Source of the DNA: Candidatus Poribacteria bacterium
Lineage (GTDB): Bacteria; Poribacteria; WGA-4E; WGA-3G
Assembly (NCBI GenBank): GCA_965242965.1
Contig: OZ251518.1
Span: 3,424,001 to 3,488,000 of the forward strand
DNA: 64,000 nt
Direction of reading: 5' to 3'
Shown here: positions 9,549 to 19,372 of the stretch, piece by piece
Position numbering within the stretch: the stretch's first letter is position 1
Layout of the letters: the number at the start of each line of letters is the position of its first letter
Program-made: the position numbers and the translations under genes
The notes under the pieces: generated by a model
The model's input: the letters and a program-made list of their open reading frames with translations, nothing else
Told to the model about the DNA's origin: nothing
Databases searched by the model: none

Positions 9549-10481
9549 TTACGGTTGCCAGTATCCCACCGAAACGGAAGACGGCTGCTGAATCGGATTC
9601 GCAAACAACTGCTGTCCCGCTGGAGAGTATTTACTCACTTCACCGGTGAAGGTTGCCCCGAGCAGGTCTGCCACCCAAATCGCGCCATCGGTTGGCGAGA
9701 CGCTAATCGCGACGATTGCCATCCCCGCCGGAAATTCCGCCGTTTTCGTCCCATCCGTGGACAACTTAATCAGCATCGATTGTTGTGAGACTACCCACAA
9801 GCTCCCATCGCTCACATTGATGCGGGGTGACGTAGGATTCAGAATATCGGTTATCTCCACCAACTTTTGTCCATCGGGTGAAACGCGCATGAGGACGCTG
9901 TGTTGGCTATCCGCGATCCAAGCGTTCCCTTGGTAATCCACCGTTACGCCTTTCGGTTCGCCCATTGAGGGGGCATCGACGATTTTATTCCCCGCGGCAT
10001 CGTAACGTGCAATCGGCCCGCGGGCATTCGTTATCCATGCGGAACCGTCCTGCGGGTTCACCGCTACGGCGGGTTCGTGCGCCTCTATCGTGGCGAGGAC
10101 CTGGGTGCCATCGCCGGATACCTTTTTGACAGCATCGTAGCCGGCAACCCACGCGGAACCGTCGGCAGGGTTAATCGCTATCATGCTAGGGCGTTTGATA
10201 TCGGGAATCGCGAGAAACTCGCCGGTGTTCGGGTTATACCTATAAACGGTATTCGCGGCAGAGACAGCAATCCACACAACGCCATCGGCGGGATTCACCT
10301 CGGCGGCACTCGCCTGCGGTAAGTTGGGAATCACCTGCGGGTCGGCGTTGCCATTCGCATACAATTTGTAGACTGTGGTGCCGCCGCTCACAACCCAACA
10401 CTCGCCGTTATATTGTCCGTAACTCGCAGCAACACAGAGCCCGAACAGCATCGTTACTATCCAAAACATCTTCGCCTTCAT
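9549..10481 (-). CDS. secreted beta-propeller protein (NHL/SMP-30/Vgb-like)
   Basis: Signal peptide; repeated VNP.DG..WI/V blades; AAGGAG SD. Confidence 0.75.
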   Translation of the reverse strand: MKAKMFWIVTMLFGLCVAASYGQYNGECWVVSGGTTVYKLYANGNADPQVIPNLPQASAAEVNPADGVVWIAVSAANTVYRYNPNTGEFLAIPDIKRPSMIAINPADGSAWVAGYDAVKKVSGDGTQVLATIEAHEPAVAVNPQDGSAWITNARGPIARYDAAGNKIVDAPSMGEPKGVTVDYQGNAWIADSQHSVLMRVSPDGQKLVEITDILNPTSPRINVSDGSLWVVSQQSMLIKLSTDGTKTAEFPAGMAIVAISVSPTDGAIWVADLLGATFTGEVSKYSPAGQQLFANPIQQPSSVSVGYWQP

Positions 10482-10820
10482 AATCGGTATTCTCCTTTTT
10501 GATTCAAACGTGTCAAGCGGCGCGCTCGCCGCGCAGAACAATTCAACGATGCATCGGCACCGAGCCCAGCAACGGAATCAAGAACGGGGGCTCGCCTACA
10601 AAAGCATCGAAACTGGGAGGGTTCTCCTATGGGGAAAACCAAATCGTCCTGCTCGTTGCAAGCAACACCTTTAAGAAAATCGTTGTTATTTTAATATTAA
10701 CATATTCCTGTTCCTTTTTCAAGGAATTTCATTTTGTTGATTTTTGTAGAGACATGTGGTATCCTATTTATAGCTGGCATTATGGCTGACACGTGTGCCA
10801 GATTGAGGAGGTAGATATTC

Positions 10821-11429
10821 ATGGAATTTAGCGATTTTAAGACAGTTTCTGAAGTCCTAGAGCAATTTCAGATCCGTTATACGCGAAACGACTGCGTCAA
10901 GGGTGAACTTTTAACCCCATCGGAGCAGTTCTTGCAGGAACTCGCGTTTAACCAGCAGTATTTCGATGTTTTCGCATCCGAGGCAATCCGGTGCCAGGCA
11001 TTTATTTTCCCTGTTTTACGGGAGAGTTACAAAGGTTACGCTGACGACTATGTGCTTTGGGTAGAAAAATCCATTGCTTACGACGAAACCTTGAACGGCA
11101 CCCCAGACTATCTCATTGCGACTAAATCTCAATGGGGCACGCCCGTTTTCGGAAAACCTTTGATAATGCTTGTGGAAGCAAAGAAGAACGATTTCGACGT
11201 TGGTTGGGGGCAATGTCTTGCAGAACTCGTCGCCGCACAGAAAATCAATGACGATACAGATTTCCCTGTCTACGGCATCGTCACTGATGGCGAGCGGTGG
11301 CAATTTGGGTGCCTTGTCGGCGACACGTTTACGCACAATATCACCGGCTTTAACATGGACAATTTGCCAGCACTTTTCGGTGCACTTGATGCCGTGTTCA
11401 AAGCCGCAACGGAAGCCGCTAGCAGGTGA
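10821..11429 (+). CDS. PD-(D/E)XK-fold protein (HsdR N-terminal-like)
   Basis: G.PDYLI...LVEAKK...G.GQCLAELVAAQ...VYGIVTDGERWQF; GAGGAGG SD. Confidence 0.75.
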   Translation: MEFSDFKTVSEVLEQFQIRYTRNDCVKGELLTPSEQFLQELAFNQQYFDVFASEAIRCQAFIFPVLRESYKGYADDYVLWVEKSIAYDETLNGTPDYLIATKSQWGTPVFGKPLIMLVEAKKNDFDVGWGQCLAELVAAQKINDDTDFPVYGIVTDGERWQFGCLVGDTFTHNITGFNMDNLPALFGALDAVFKAATEAASR

Positions 11430-11464
11430 ATAGGCATTGACGTGCGCGGTTATCACAAAAAAAC

Positions 11465-11494
11465 TTGACAGCAACCGCGCACGGATGGTATCCT
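11465..11494 (+). promoter_or_regulatory. sigma70-type promoter, probably giving a leaderless mRNA
   Basis: TTGACA-18 bp-TATCCT with TG extension, 7 nt before ATG 11502; no SD. Confidence 0.55.
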
Positions 11495-11501
11495 AACGTG
11501 T

Positions 11502-12524
11502 ATGGACAATCACATTCAGACTCCCTTTGACTGGGAGAACCTCCCAGCAAACCGATACGATATCGCCGCAAAGCATGCCGCACGCGCATTCCCAAACGAT
11601 ATGCTCAACCTCCTCCTCGGCACCGCCGAGTTTCAATTCATTGAGCATGTCGATATCGAACTGCCAGCCATGGACATCCGGCGCATGGATACGCTCACAA
11701 AGATTCGACTCAATGGCGAAACGACGCTCATCCATCGAGAATATCAGCTGCACGAAAGTTATCCCATCCCCATCGAACGCCGCATCGCCGGCTACCGGGG
11801 AAGAGGCTATGAAAACGACGAACTGCCGATTCGTTCCTATGTCATATACTTTCAACCACCCGTCGGACGAAGAGACCCGGGCGGCTTCTTTCAAAACATA
11901 GATGTCCCCGGACAACGATTCATCTCCGAATATGAAGTCATTCGGATGTATGACATCCAAGGCGGACCGATTCTTGAAGCGCGCGCACCCGGATTGATGC
12001 CGTTTCTGCCACTGATGCAACCACCGGCCGGCGTGGACAGCCACGCCTGGCTGCAGCAGTGCATCGCAACGACACGGCAGCTGCCGCTTGACACGCCGCA
12101 TATCGACAATTTACTGATGGCTACCGGGATATTTGGCAATCTCGCCTACGACTCGGAAACACTCTACACCATTATTTCGGAGGAAGACATGAGACACTCA
12201 TCCATTTTCCAACGCCTCATGCAGCAACCGCTCACGGAGGCACGCCAAGAAGGAATAGAACTCGGTAAAGAACAAGGCCGCGAAGAGGGCATTGAACTCG
12301 GCCGGGAACAAGGCATTGAACTCGGCGAGCAAAGAAGAGCCGCCGCGGCTCTCCTTGAAGTCTTGGAGGCACGCTTTAACGGCGAGGTGCATCTCTTCAA
12401 ACCCACATTTGAGGCACTCACCGATTTGCAGCTCCTCGAACAACTGTTGCGCACAGCCCTTCGCGCGCCAACCTTTGACGACGTGATGCAGACCTTGAGA
12501 GGCTATCGAAACAACGGTACCTAA
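11502..12524 (+). CDS. Rpn/YhgA-like PD-(D/E)XK nuclease (copy 1)
   Basis: D...K, RRMDTL, IHREYQ, RI.GY, GLMPFLPLM and a C-terminal EG..EG coiled repeat. Confidence 0.75.
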   Translation: MDNHIQTPFDWENLPANRYDIAAKHAARAFPNDMLNLLLGTAEFQFIEHVDIELPAMDIRRMDTLTKIRLNGETTLIHREYQLHESYPIPIERRIAGYRGRGYENDELPIRSYVIYFQPPVGRRDPGGFFQNIDVPGQRFISEYEVIRMYDIQGGPILEARAPGLMPFLPLMQPPAGVDSHAWLQQCIATTRQLPLDTPHIDNLLMATGIFGNLAYDSETLYTIISEEDMRHSSIFQRLMQQPLTEARQEGIELGKEQGREEGIELGREQGIELGEQRRAAAALLEVLEARFNGEVHLFKPTFEALTDLQLLEQLLRTALRAPTFDDVMQTLRGYRNNGT

Positions 12525-12531
12525 CGCCGCA

Positions 12532-12562
12532 CGCGCGGACGCTACAAACTGTAGCGTCCGCG
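12532..12562. terminator. GC-rich hairpin after Rpn copy 1
   Basis: GCGCGGACGCTACA-AAC-TGTAGCGTCCGCGC perfect 14-bp stem (contains GTAG). Confidence 0.55.
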
Positions 12563-12682
12563 CCCGGGACATCTCACACCGCGCGGGGGCCAATTCTGCA
12601 TTCTGGCACGAGTGCCAAACGAATCAGAGCGCAATAGACAGATGCGGAGAACGGAAGCACTTTAAGGTTATCACAAAAAAAC

Positions 12683-12712
12683 TTGACATTAACCGCGCAC
12701 GGATGGTATCCT
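12683..12712 (+). promoter_or_regulatory. duplicated sigma70-type promoter
   Basis: TTGACA-18 bp-TATCCT, near-identical to 11465-11494. Confidence 0.55.
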
Positions 12713-12719
12713 AATGTGT

Positions 12720-13697
12720 ATGGACAATCACATTCAGAATCCTTTTGATTGGGACAACCTCCCAGCAAACCGATACGATATCGCCGCAAAGCATGCAGCA
12801 CGCACATTCCCAAACGATATGCTCAACCTCCTCCTCGGCACCGCCGAGTTTCAATTCATTGAGCATGTCGATATTGAACTGCCAGCCATGGATATCCGGC
12901 GAATGGATACGCTCACAAAGATTCGCCTCAATGGCGAAACGACGCTCATCCACCGCGAATATCAGCTGCACGAAAGTTACCCCATCCCCATTGAACGCCG
13001 CATCGCAGGATACCGGGGAAGAGGCTATGAAAACGACGAACTGCCCATTCGTTCCTATGTCATATACTTTCAACCACCTGTCGGACGAAGAGACCCGGGC
13101 GGCTTCTTTCAAAATATAGACGTGCCCGGACAACGATTCATCTCCGAATACGAAGTCATTCGGATGTATGACATCCAAGGCGGACCGATTCTTGAAGCGC
13201 GCGCACCCGGATTGATGCCCTTTCTGCCGCTGATGCAACCACCGGCCGGCGTGGACAGTCACGCCTGGCTGCAGCAGTGCATCGCAACGACACGGCAGCT
13301 GCCGCTTGATACGCCGCATATCGACAATTTGCTGATGGCTACCGGGATATTTGGCAATCTCGCCTACGACTCGGAAACACTCTACACCATTATTTCGGAG
13401 GAAGACATGAGACACTCATCTATTTTCCAACGCCTCATGCAACAGCCGTTGACTGAGGCACTCCAAGAGGGCATCGAAAAAGGCTGGGAAGAAGGCGCAA
13501 GAGAAACCGCCATCAACAACCTCATCGCTGTCTTGGACGCACGCTTCCATGAACAGGAGGTGGCGCTCTTCAAACCCACATTTGAGGCACTCACCGACTT
13601 GCAACTCCTCAGTCAGTTACATCACACCGCTCTTCGCGCGCCAACCTTTGACGACGTGATGCAGACCTTGAGGGGCTATCGAAACAACGGCGCATAA
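12720..13697 (+). CDS. Rpn/YhgA-like PD-(D/E)XK nuclease (copy 2)
   Basis: Near-identical to copy 1 up to QQPLTEA, then a divergent C-terminal segment. Confidence 0.75.
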   Translation: MDNHIQNPFDWDNLPANRYDIAAKHAARTFPNDMLNLLLGTAEFQFIEHVDIELPAMDIRRMDTLTKIRLNGETTLIHREYQLHESYPIPIERRIAGYRGRGYENDELPIRSYVIYFQPPVGRRDPGGFFQNIDVPGQRFISEYEVIRMYDIQGGPILEARAPGLMPFLPLMQPPAGVDSHAWLQQCIATTRQLPLDTPHIDNLLMATGIFGNLAYDSETLYTIISEEDMRHSSIFQRLMQQPLTEALQEGIEKGWEEGARETAINNLIAVLDARFHEQEVALFKPTFEALTDLQLLSQLHHTALRAPTFDDVMQTLRGYRNNGA

Positions 13698-13713
13698 CGC
13701 AAGCCCTGAATGC

Positions 13714-13740
13714 ATGACGCGGGCACACGTCCCGCGTCAT
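13714..13740. terminator. hairpin between convergent genes
   Basis: ATGACGCGGG-7 nt-CCCGCGTCAT. Confidence 0.5.
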
Positions 13741-16700
13741 CCCTCCACAATCGCAATCTCCGCTTCTGTCACGCCGTAAAGCGCGTAAACTAACGCGTCA
13801 ATCTCCTGCTCCAGCGAAGACGTATCCGCACCCGGGTCTTCTCGCTTTGCCGCCATAATCTGCTCTACCAATTCAATGATAGGCTGCTGTTCCGCAAGAC
13901 TCACAACAGGAATCGGGATTTTGCCGACATAGTAGTTGTCAAAAAACATCGTCATCCTCGCGGAACAATAGATGAACCGGTGGACATACCAATTCACCAA
14001 TGTGGCGTTGAAACAGGCAACAATAAAATTCGGATGAAAGTTTGGAGCTGTGATAAAGGTGTTTTCGACGGTATTCACGCCCAATATGTCACCCGTTTTG
14101 TCAACGGTAGCAGTAATCTTCCGCGGCGTTACGATTTTCTGAGAGATAATTTTGGGCTGAAGTAGCGATTGCACTTTCTTATTCGTCAGGTTAAGTGCCT
14201 CATGATTGAGAAAGCCTTTCACTCCCTCAACCCCATAGCGGTTTATGTTCTTGCCACCGATGAACGCAATGTCACCCGAAGGCTTCAATAGTCTTTCTAC
14301 CGATAATCCGCGGGTGGTATGAGAAATATCCCGCATAAACGTCCCAATGCGGTTTATCCGCTCCGCAAGCCGAATTTCCTCAAGTGACACATCGCAAATC
14401 CACGCTTGGAAAGCGTTGACATGGGACGCGGGAATCTCGACAGTCCGAGTCCACTCGTCATCAACAAATTTACGCGCCGTATAGGAGTTCTCGGCGTGGT
14501 GCGTGTCGTAGATGAAAAACACCTGCTCCAACTTGACGTTTTTGAACGCCGCCTCAACGTCGACAAGAACCCGCGTCTTGTCCAGCAACGCGAACGCTAA
14601 ACTTCGCCAACTTTCGACATACAACAGCGATTTCGGCACGATGAAGGCAAGCACGCCATCGGATTTCAGCAAGCGATTTTTCGCCGCGTCAATGAAAATT
14701 GCCGCACTGTTCAAATTCCGTGTCTCTCTTGCAACCCGTTTGAAATACGCTTTCTCGTGTGAATCAAACTTCGCACCGTAAGGCGGATTGGCGATGATGA
14801 CATCAAAGCCGGGGTTCGCCAATTCTTGTCCCGATGCATCGCGGAAGACTTCCGGAAACTCAATCTCCCAGTGGAAAAATCGATAGCATTCTGTCAACTC
14901 GCGCGCTTTCGGATAGACTAGCGAGTCAAGAGAGACATCTGTCTCTTCCATGGTAAACGCGCGGTAATCGCCGGGCGTAACGGCGTTCCCAAAATAGGCA
15001 CTCATCCAAAGAGCTGCGATTGCCTTATGATGGCTGAGCCGCTGCTGCGCAAGCTGCAATTCCTGTTCCATCGCGTGGATATCGTCCGCGGTCTGGCTCT
15101 CCATCCTCTCAATGACGAGGTAATGCCCAACTGCTTCAGAGACGGTATCCGTCCATCCGAAATCCATGGTGAGCGCGGTTTGTGGCGTTTCCGTTGCGCG
15201 GCGGCGTTTGGACAAAACCGGCAGATTGGCGAGCCCGGCGATATTCGCGCCAATCAACGAATTTCCGCACCGAATATGGTGATCCAAGAAGGACAGCGGT
15301 TCGCCTTTCGCAACGGTATGAAGCCAAAGCGACACCTTCGCTAACTCCACCGCCATCGGATTGATATCTACGCCGTAGATGCAGTTCTCTACGACACGCC
15401 GCCGCCAATACGCAATCTCGGTATCCATATCGTCTACCATCCCCGCATCAGGCGCGCTTTCCACGCGCGCAGACATCAGCGGCGCATCGGGATGCGTCGC
15501 CAACTGAAGCGCGAGATAATCAATCGCACCGACGAGGAAGTGCCCGCTACCCATCGCCGGATCCAACACTTTCAACCGGAGAATCTCCTCATAAGTCTTG
15601 CGGCTGCAGAGCGGATCGAGTGCGTCTTCAACCATCGCGCGCACGATTGCATCGGAGGTGTAGTAACTGCCGCTGGCTTTGCGTTCTTTTTTATCGCGGA
15701 TTAACCGAACCACCGGCGGTTCACCCTCCACACGGACATTATATTCAAGCAGTCCCTCGTAAATGTTGCCGAGGTGCTGAATCGCCAGGTCTTCGTAGGC
15801 GATGCGTTCCTTCTTCGCCGTGCGCGTGAGGAGATTGATGACTTCCGCAAGCACAGCGTTCCCGATTCTATGCGTCTCCAAAAACCGGTGGCGCGCGGGA
15901 TTAAACAGCCCACCGTTATATTGCGGAATCCGCTCCTCCCATCCCTTGTCAATGAGAGTGAATAGATTGCGGATGCGTTCCCAATAGTCACTCCGCAACG
16001 CGGGGATAGGGGTGCCCGCATCTAGCGTCCCGTGTATTTCGGCGGCAAGCGCGTCCAAACTATAGGTATCGCGGTAATCCGCGTCTTCAAGCGGCAGCAA
16101 CCCGCGGCTCTCGGCATACAAGATGAACAAGAGCCGATAGAGTAAGATTAGGCAATTTTCGTGGAGAGTCTCCAACTCAATATTCGATTGACTTAACGAA
16201 AGTGAAGTGGGGGGGCTGGGCATTAACCGGTTATCGGGATAGGTGAGAAACCCGTTCATCAGAGCCTCTAATGCCGAATAGATGCTGTCCCCGAGGTCAT
16301 CGGAAACGGCGACGGTATAGTGCGCGCTGCCGGTTAAGACGTTAGCTAAAAAGGTTGCGGAACCAGCCGAAACCTCTTGAGCGAACGCTTCGCTGCGGAA
16401 AAAGTAGTAGAAGTAGCGAAAAGCGTTGATGTCGTCATCAGTTAGCACTTTTCCCAGGTCTACTTCGTAGAAACTGTCCAGCTTGTAACTGGTGTCCCGA
16501 TGGTAAAGCCGCCACTGCTTTCCGTTGGTGAGCATCCCCCACGTCACTCCCGATGTTCGGATGTAGAAATCGATCTGGTAGTTCGGGTTGCTATTAGAGA
16601 ATGCGTCGCCGGGGCCGTCTAACCGTCTGTCGAGGTTTCGTCCCCACGCTTTCGCATCACCGATGGCGGTGGCGGTAGTGAAAAATTCGTCGGTGTTCAA

Positions 16701-17009
16701 CTGCGGGCGCGCGAGATTCAACGTTTCAGTGTCGGCGAAGAAAGCATAGTCGGGCTGCTTCGTGCCTTGCGCCGTGCGGAGCCTCGGTTGCACTTCAAAG
16801 GCGTGCCCTAGGACGCGCAGCACGGGACGGATGAACAACTCCTCCGTCTGTGCCTCGTTCAGCCGAGAGGCGGCGGCAGCGATAGGCGCGTAAAGTGCTT
16901 GAATCTCCTGATAGACAGCCGTGAGCGATGCACCAGTTTGGGCCGCCACTACCTTCTCAACGTAATAACTCGAAAAGAGGGAACGGTTGTTGTAAATCGG
17001 TTCTGACAT
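13737..17009 (-). CDS. Type IIG (Eco57I-like) restriction endonuclease-N6 methyltransferase fusion
   Basis: PDY..DAK nuclease, LTNGKQWRLY, GSYYT, VLDPAMGSGHFL, FFHWEIEFPEVF, GFDVIIANPPY and a TaqI-like C-terminal TRD. Confidence 0.9.
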   Translation of the reverse strand: MSEPIYNNRSLFSSYYVEKVVAAQTGASLTAVYQEIQALYAPIAAAASRLNEAQTEELFIRPVLRVLGHAFEVQPRLRTAQGTKQPDYAFFADTETLNLARPQLNTDEFFTTATAIGDAKAWGRNLDRRLDGPGDAFSNSNPNYQIDFYIRTSGVTWGMLTNGKQWRLYHRDTSYKLDSFYEVDLGKVLTDDDINAFRYFYYFFRSEAFAQEVSAGSATFLANVLTGSAHYTVAVSDDLGDSIYSALEALMNGFLTYPDNRLMPSPPTSLSLSQSNIELETLHENCLILLYRLLFILYAESRGLLPLEDADYRDTYSLDALAAEIHGTLDAGTPIPALRSDYWERIRNLFTLIDKGWEERIPQYNGGLFNPARHRFLETHRIGNAVLAEVINLLTRTAKKERIAYEDLAIQHLGNIYEGLLEYNVRVEGEPPVVRLIRDKKERKASGSYYTSDAIVRAMVEDALDPLCSRKTYEEILRLKVLDPAMGSGHFLVGAIDYLALQLATHPDAPLMSARVESAPDAGMVDDMDTEIAYWRRRVVENCIYGVDINPMAVELAKVSLWLHTVAKGEPLSFLDHHIRCGNSLIGANIAGLANLPVLSKRRRATETPQTALTMDFGWTDTVSEAVGHYLVIERMESQTADDIHAMEQELQLAQQRLSHHKAIAALWMSAYFGNAVTPGDYRAFTMEETDVSLDSLVYPKARELTECYRFFHWEIEFPEVFRDASGQELANPGFDVIIANPPYGAKFDSHEKAYFKRVARETRNLNSAAIFIDAAKNRLLKSDGVLAFIVPKSLLYVESWRSLAFALLDKTRVLVDVEAAFKNVKLEQVFFIYDTHHAENSYTARKFVDDEWTRTVEIPASHVNAFQAWICDVSLEEIRLAERINRIGTFMRDISHTTRGLSVERLLKPSGDIAFIGGKNINRYGVEGVKGFLNHEALNLTNKKVQSLLQPKIISQKIVTPRKITATVDKTGDILGVNTVENTFITAPNFHPNFIVACFNATLVNWYVHRFIYCSARMTMFFDNYYVGKIPIPVVSLAEQQPIIELVEQIMAAKREDPGADTSSLEQEIDALVYALYGVTEAEIAIVEG

Positions 17010-17142
17010 TTTTTTGCAACTTTTTTCGGAGAATGGTGTATAATTAAGGTAAAGACTGCAGGAGCAACGCGAAAGACGCGAAAATTGACAAGCGATGCGA
17101 GTTTTTCGTCCATCCTGGTATGTTCAAAGGGAGGAAGTCCCC

Positions 17143-17880
17143 ATGAAACGGACACATTTTTACTGCTTCACCTTTGCCGTGCTACTTCTGCTCGTCGGCA
17201 TTAGCGCGCTGAGCATGGCTGAAGTAGCGACGTTGAAAATAGAGATTGCCGATATCGTCAGCAATTCGGACGCACGGCAGCTCCGGCGGCTGTTAGCACC
17301 GTGGGCAGACGCGGAAGACATCACGTTCTCTACCCCTATCGGCAAGAACGGGAAAAAGCGGCTGTTCACGACTCTCGTGGAAATCAAGCCGCGGCAAGGT
17401 GTCTCCAAATACAGTGAGACGCACACGTTTGACGTGCATGACATCATCCGGCAGCTCAGCGATTCGCGCTTCCGGGGCCGTCATGGACTCGGGCACTCGC
17501 GCGTCCTCAAAACCGAGGCGACAATCCGTGGTGACATGTTTGAACACCCCGGCTTCGCCCGGAGCTATTTACGGAACGTCCCCTCATGGCGGCGGTGGCG
17601 GCCCGATACTTCTAACATTCATCACGCAATGACTGCGGGTAGCGAAGACCAGAAGTTCGTTTTCAGTGCCAACGCTGAGTTCGATCAGCTCCGCATTGAT
17701 GCCGCCGATAATGAGAAAGAAGTTGAGGTGCAAGGCACCATCATCGGATTCGACGGGCCCTACCCAATCATCTCGGTGCAACAATATCGCGTCGGTTATC
17801 GCGTTGGCGAACCGGCAGCACCTGCTACCGACGAAGAAGGTGGGCAACCCACCTACGATTATCTTGAGCGAGATAAATAA
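17143..17880 (+). CDS. secreted hypothetical protein
   Basis: GGAGG SD; signal peptide MKRTHFYCFTFAVLLLLVGISALSMA. Confidence 0.7.
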   Translation: MKRTHFYCFTFAVLLLLVGISALSMAEVATLKIEIADIVSNSDARQLRRLLAPWADAEDITFSTPIGKNGKKRLFTTLVEIKPRQGVSKYSETHTFDVHDIIRQLSDSRFRGRHGLGHSRVLKTEATIRGDMFEHPGFARSYLRNVPSWRRWRPDTSNIHHAMTAGSEDQKFVFSANAEFDQLRIDAADNEKEVEVQGTIIGFDGPYPIISVQQYRVGYRVGEPAAPATDEEGGQPTYDYLERDK

Positions 17881-17928
17881 CCGAAAAGCGCCGGTAGGCG
17901 CGCTTTAAAAGCGCGCCTATCACGTGTT

Positions 17929-19080
17929 TCAGCAGTTCGCCTGATACCCACCCGTGTTAAAAAGCACGACGCGTTCAGAAGGCGAAATTATTCCGTTCGC
18001 GACTGCCTGTTTGAGCGCGGCGACTGTCGCCGCGCCTTCAGGGCACGTTAAGAGTCCCTCGGTTGCCGGGAGCAGGTGCATCGCCTCGCAGATGGCATCG
18101 TCCGTGACAGCGATTGCGGTACCACCACTTTCGCGAATGGCCTGCAATATGAGAAAGTCGCCGATTGCCTGCGGCACGCGCAATCCACTCGCGAGGGTGT
18201 GTGCATCGGGCCACGGTTCGGCTTCCGGTTTCCCTTCTTCCCATGCTTTCACAATCGGCGCGCAGCCAGCCGCTTGCACGGAGATGAACCGCGGGCGTTT
18301 CTCGCCAATCCAGCCGAGTGCCTCAAGTTCCGCAAATCCTTTCCACATCCCAACGATGCCGGTGCCGCCGCCGGTGGGATAGATGATAACATCTGGCAGC
18401 TCCCACCCGAATTGTTCGGCGAGTTCAAATCCCATCGTCTTTTTGCCTTCCACACGATACGGTTCTTTGAGCGTTGACACGTCAAACCATCCTTCAGCGG
18501 TTTTCCGTTCCGCCACAATTTTGCCCGCGTCAGAAATTAACCCATCGATGAGCGTGACGTTCGCGCCCGCCATTCGGCAGGTATCAAGGTTAAAAGCGGG
18601 TGTATCCTTCGGCATGAATATGTGCGCGGTGATGCCTGCCGCGGCGGCGTAAAGCGAGAGAGCCGTCGCCGCGTTGCCTGCTGAAGGGATTGCCAACTGC
18701 GTCACACCGAGTGCCTTCGCCATGGAAACCGCCATCGCCAAGCCACGCGCCTTGAAACTCCCTGTCGGCAGGCGCGATTCGTCTTTGATCCACACCTCTC
18801 TTAAGCCGCCAATTGTTGCGCCCAGTCTTTTGGCGTGGATGAGCGGTGTCATCGTTTCACCGAGGGAGACGATGTTTGCCGCATCGCCGACAGGGAGGAG
18901 CTCCCGATAACGCCACAGCGTCGGGGCCCTAGACGAAAGTTCTTCGCGTTTCGGTGCAGTCGCGAGAGAATAGCGCGCAAATAACGGTTTCCCGCACGCG
19001 TGACAGACATTCTGTGGCACGGTGTGCGGATGGGTTTTGCCGCATTTGCTACATTCCAGAGAGTGCAAGTTGGTTTTCAT
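17929..19080 (-). CDS. thrC: threonine synthase
   Basis: N-terminal Zn ribbon, LWRYRELLP, PTGSFKARG (PLP lysine), PSAGNA, EGKKTMGFE, PTGGGTG. Confidence 0.9.
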   Translation of the reverse strand: MKTNLHSLECSKCGKTHPHTVPQNVCHACGKPLFARYSLATAPKREELSSRAPTLWRYRELLPVGDAANIVSLGETMTPLIHAKRLGATIGGLREVWIKDESRLPTGSFKARGLAMAVSMAKALGVTQLAIPSAGNAATALSLYAAAAGITAHIFMPKDTPAFNLDTCRMAGANVTLIDGLISDAGKIVAERKTAEGWFDVSTLKEPYRVEGKKTMGFELAEQFGWELPDVIIYPTGGGTGIVGMWKGFAELEALGWIGEKRPRFISVQAAGCAPIVKAWEEGKPEAEPWPDAHTLASGLRVPQAIGDFLILQAIRESGGTAIAVTDDAICEAMHLLPATEGLLTCPEGAATVAALKQAVANGIISPSERVVLFNTGGYQANC

Positions 19081-19098
19081 AGTTTCTAGATGCTCGTG

Positions 19099-19372
19099 GC
19101 ATGGCGAGGGACAGGCCCTCGCCCTACGGGAAACGGCACGTTCTTATCACCGTAGCGCGGGGGCCCTCGCATGCCACACGCGCATGCGAGAGGGTTTCCC
19201 CCGCGATCGGTGCACGGCGAGGGACAGGCCCTCGCCCTACGGGGCCAGGAACCGTTCTCGGTTACCGTAGCGCGGGGGCCTGTCCCCCGCGAGCGTTAGG
19301 CGAGTAGGAGAGACCTCCCGGTCTCGATGCAATACCGTAGGAGAGACCTCCCGGTCTCGATGCCACGCCCTA
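19099..19372. repeat. REP mosaic (BIME-like)
   Basis: Alternating GTAGGGCGAGGG, GTAGCGCGGGGG and GTAGGAGAGACC palindromes. Confidence 0.85.

Noticed and set aside
11502-13697. Diversity-generating retroelement TR/VR pair
   Set aside because: Differences between the copies are not adenine-specific (C/T, C/A and G/C changes seen) and no reverse transcriptase is present.
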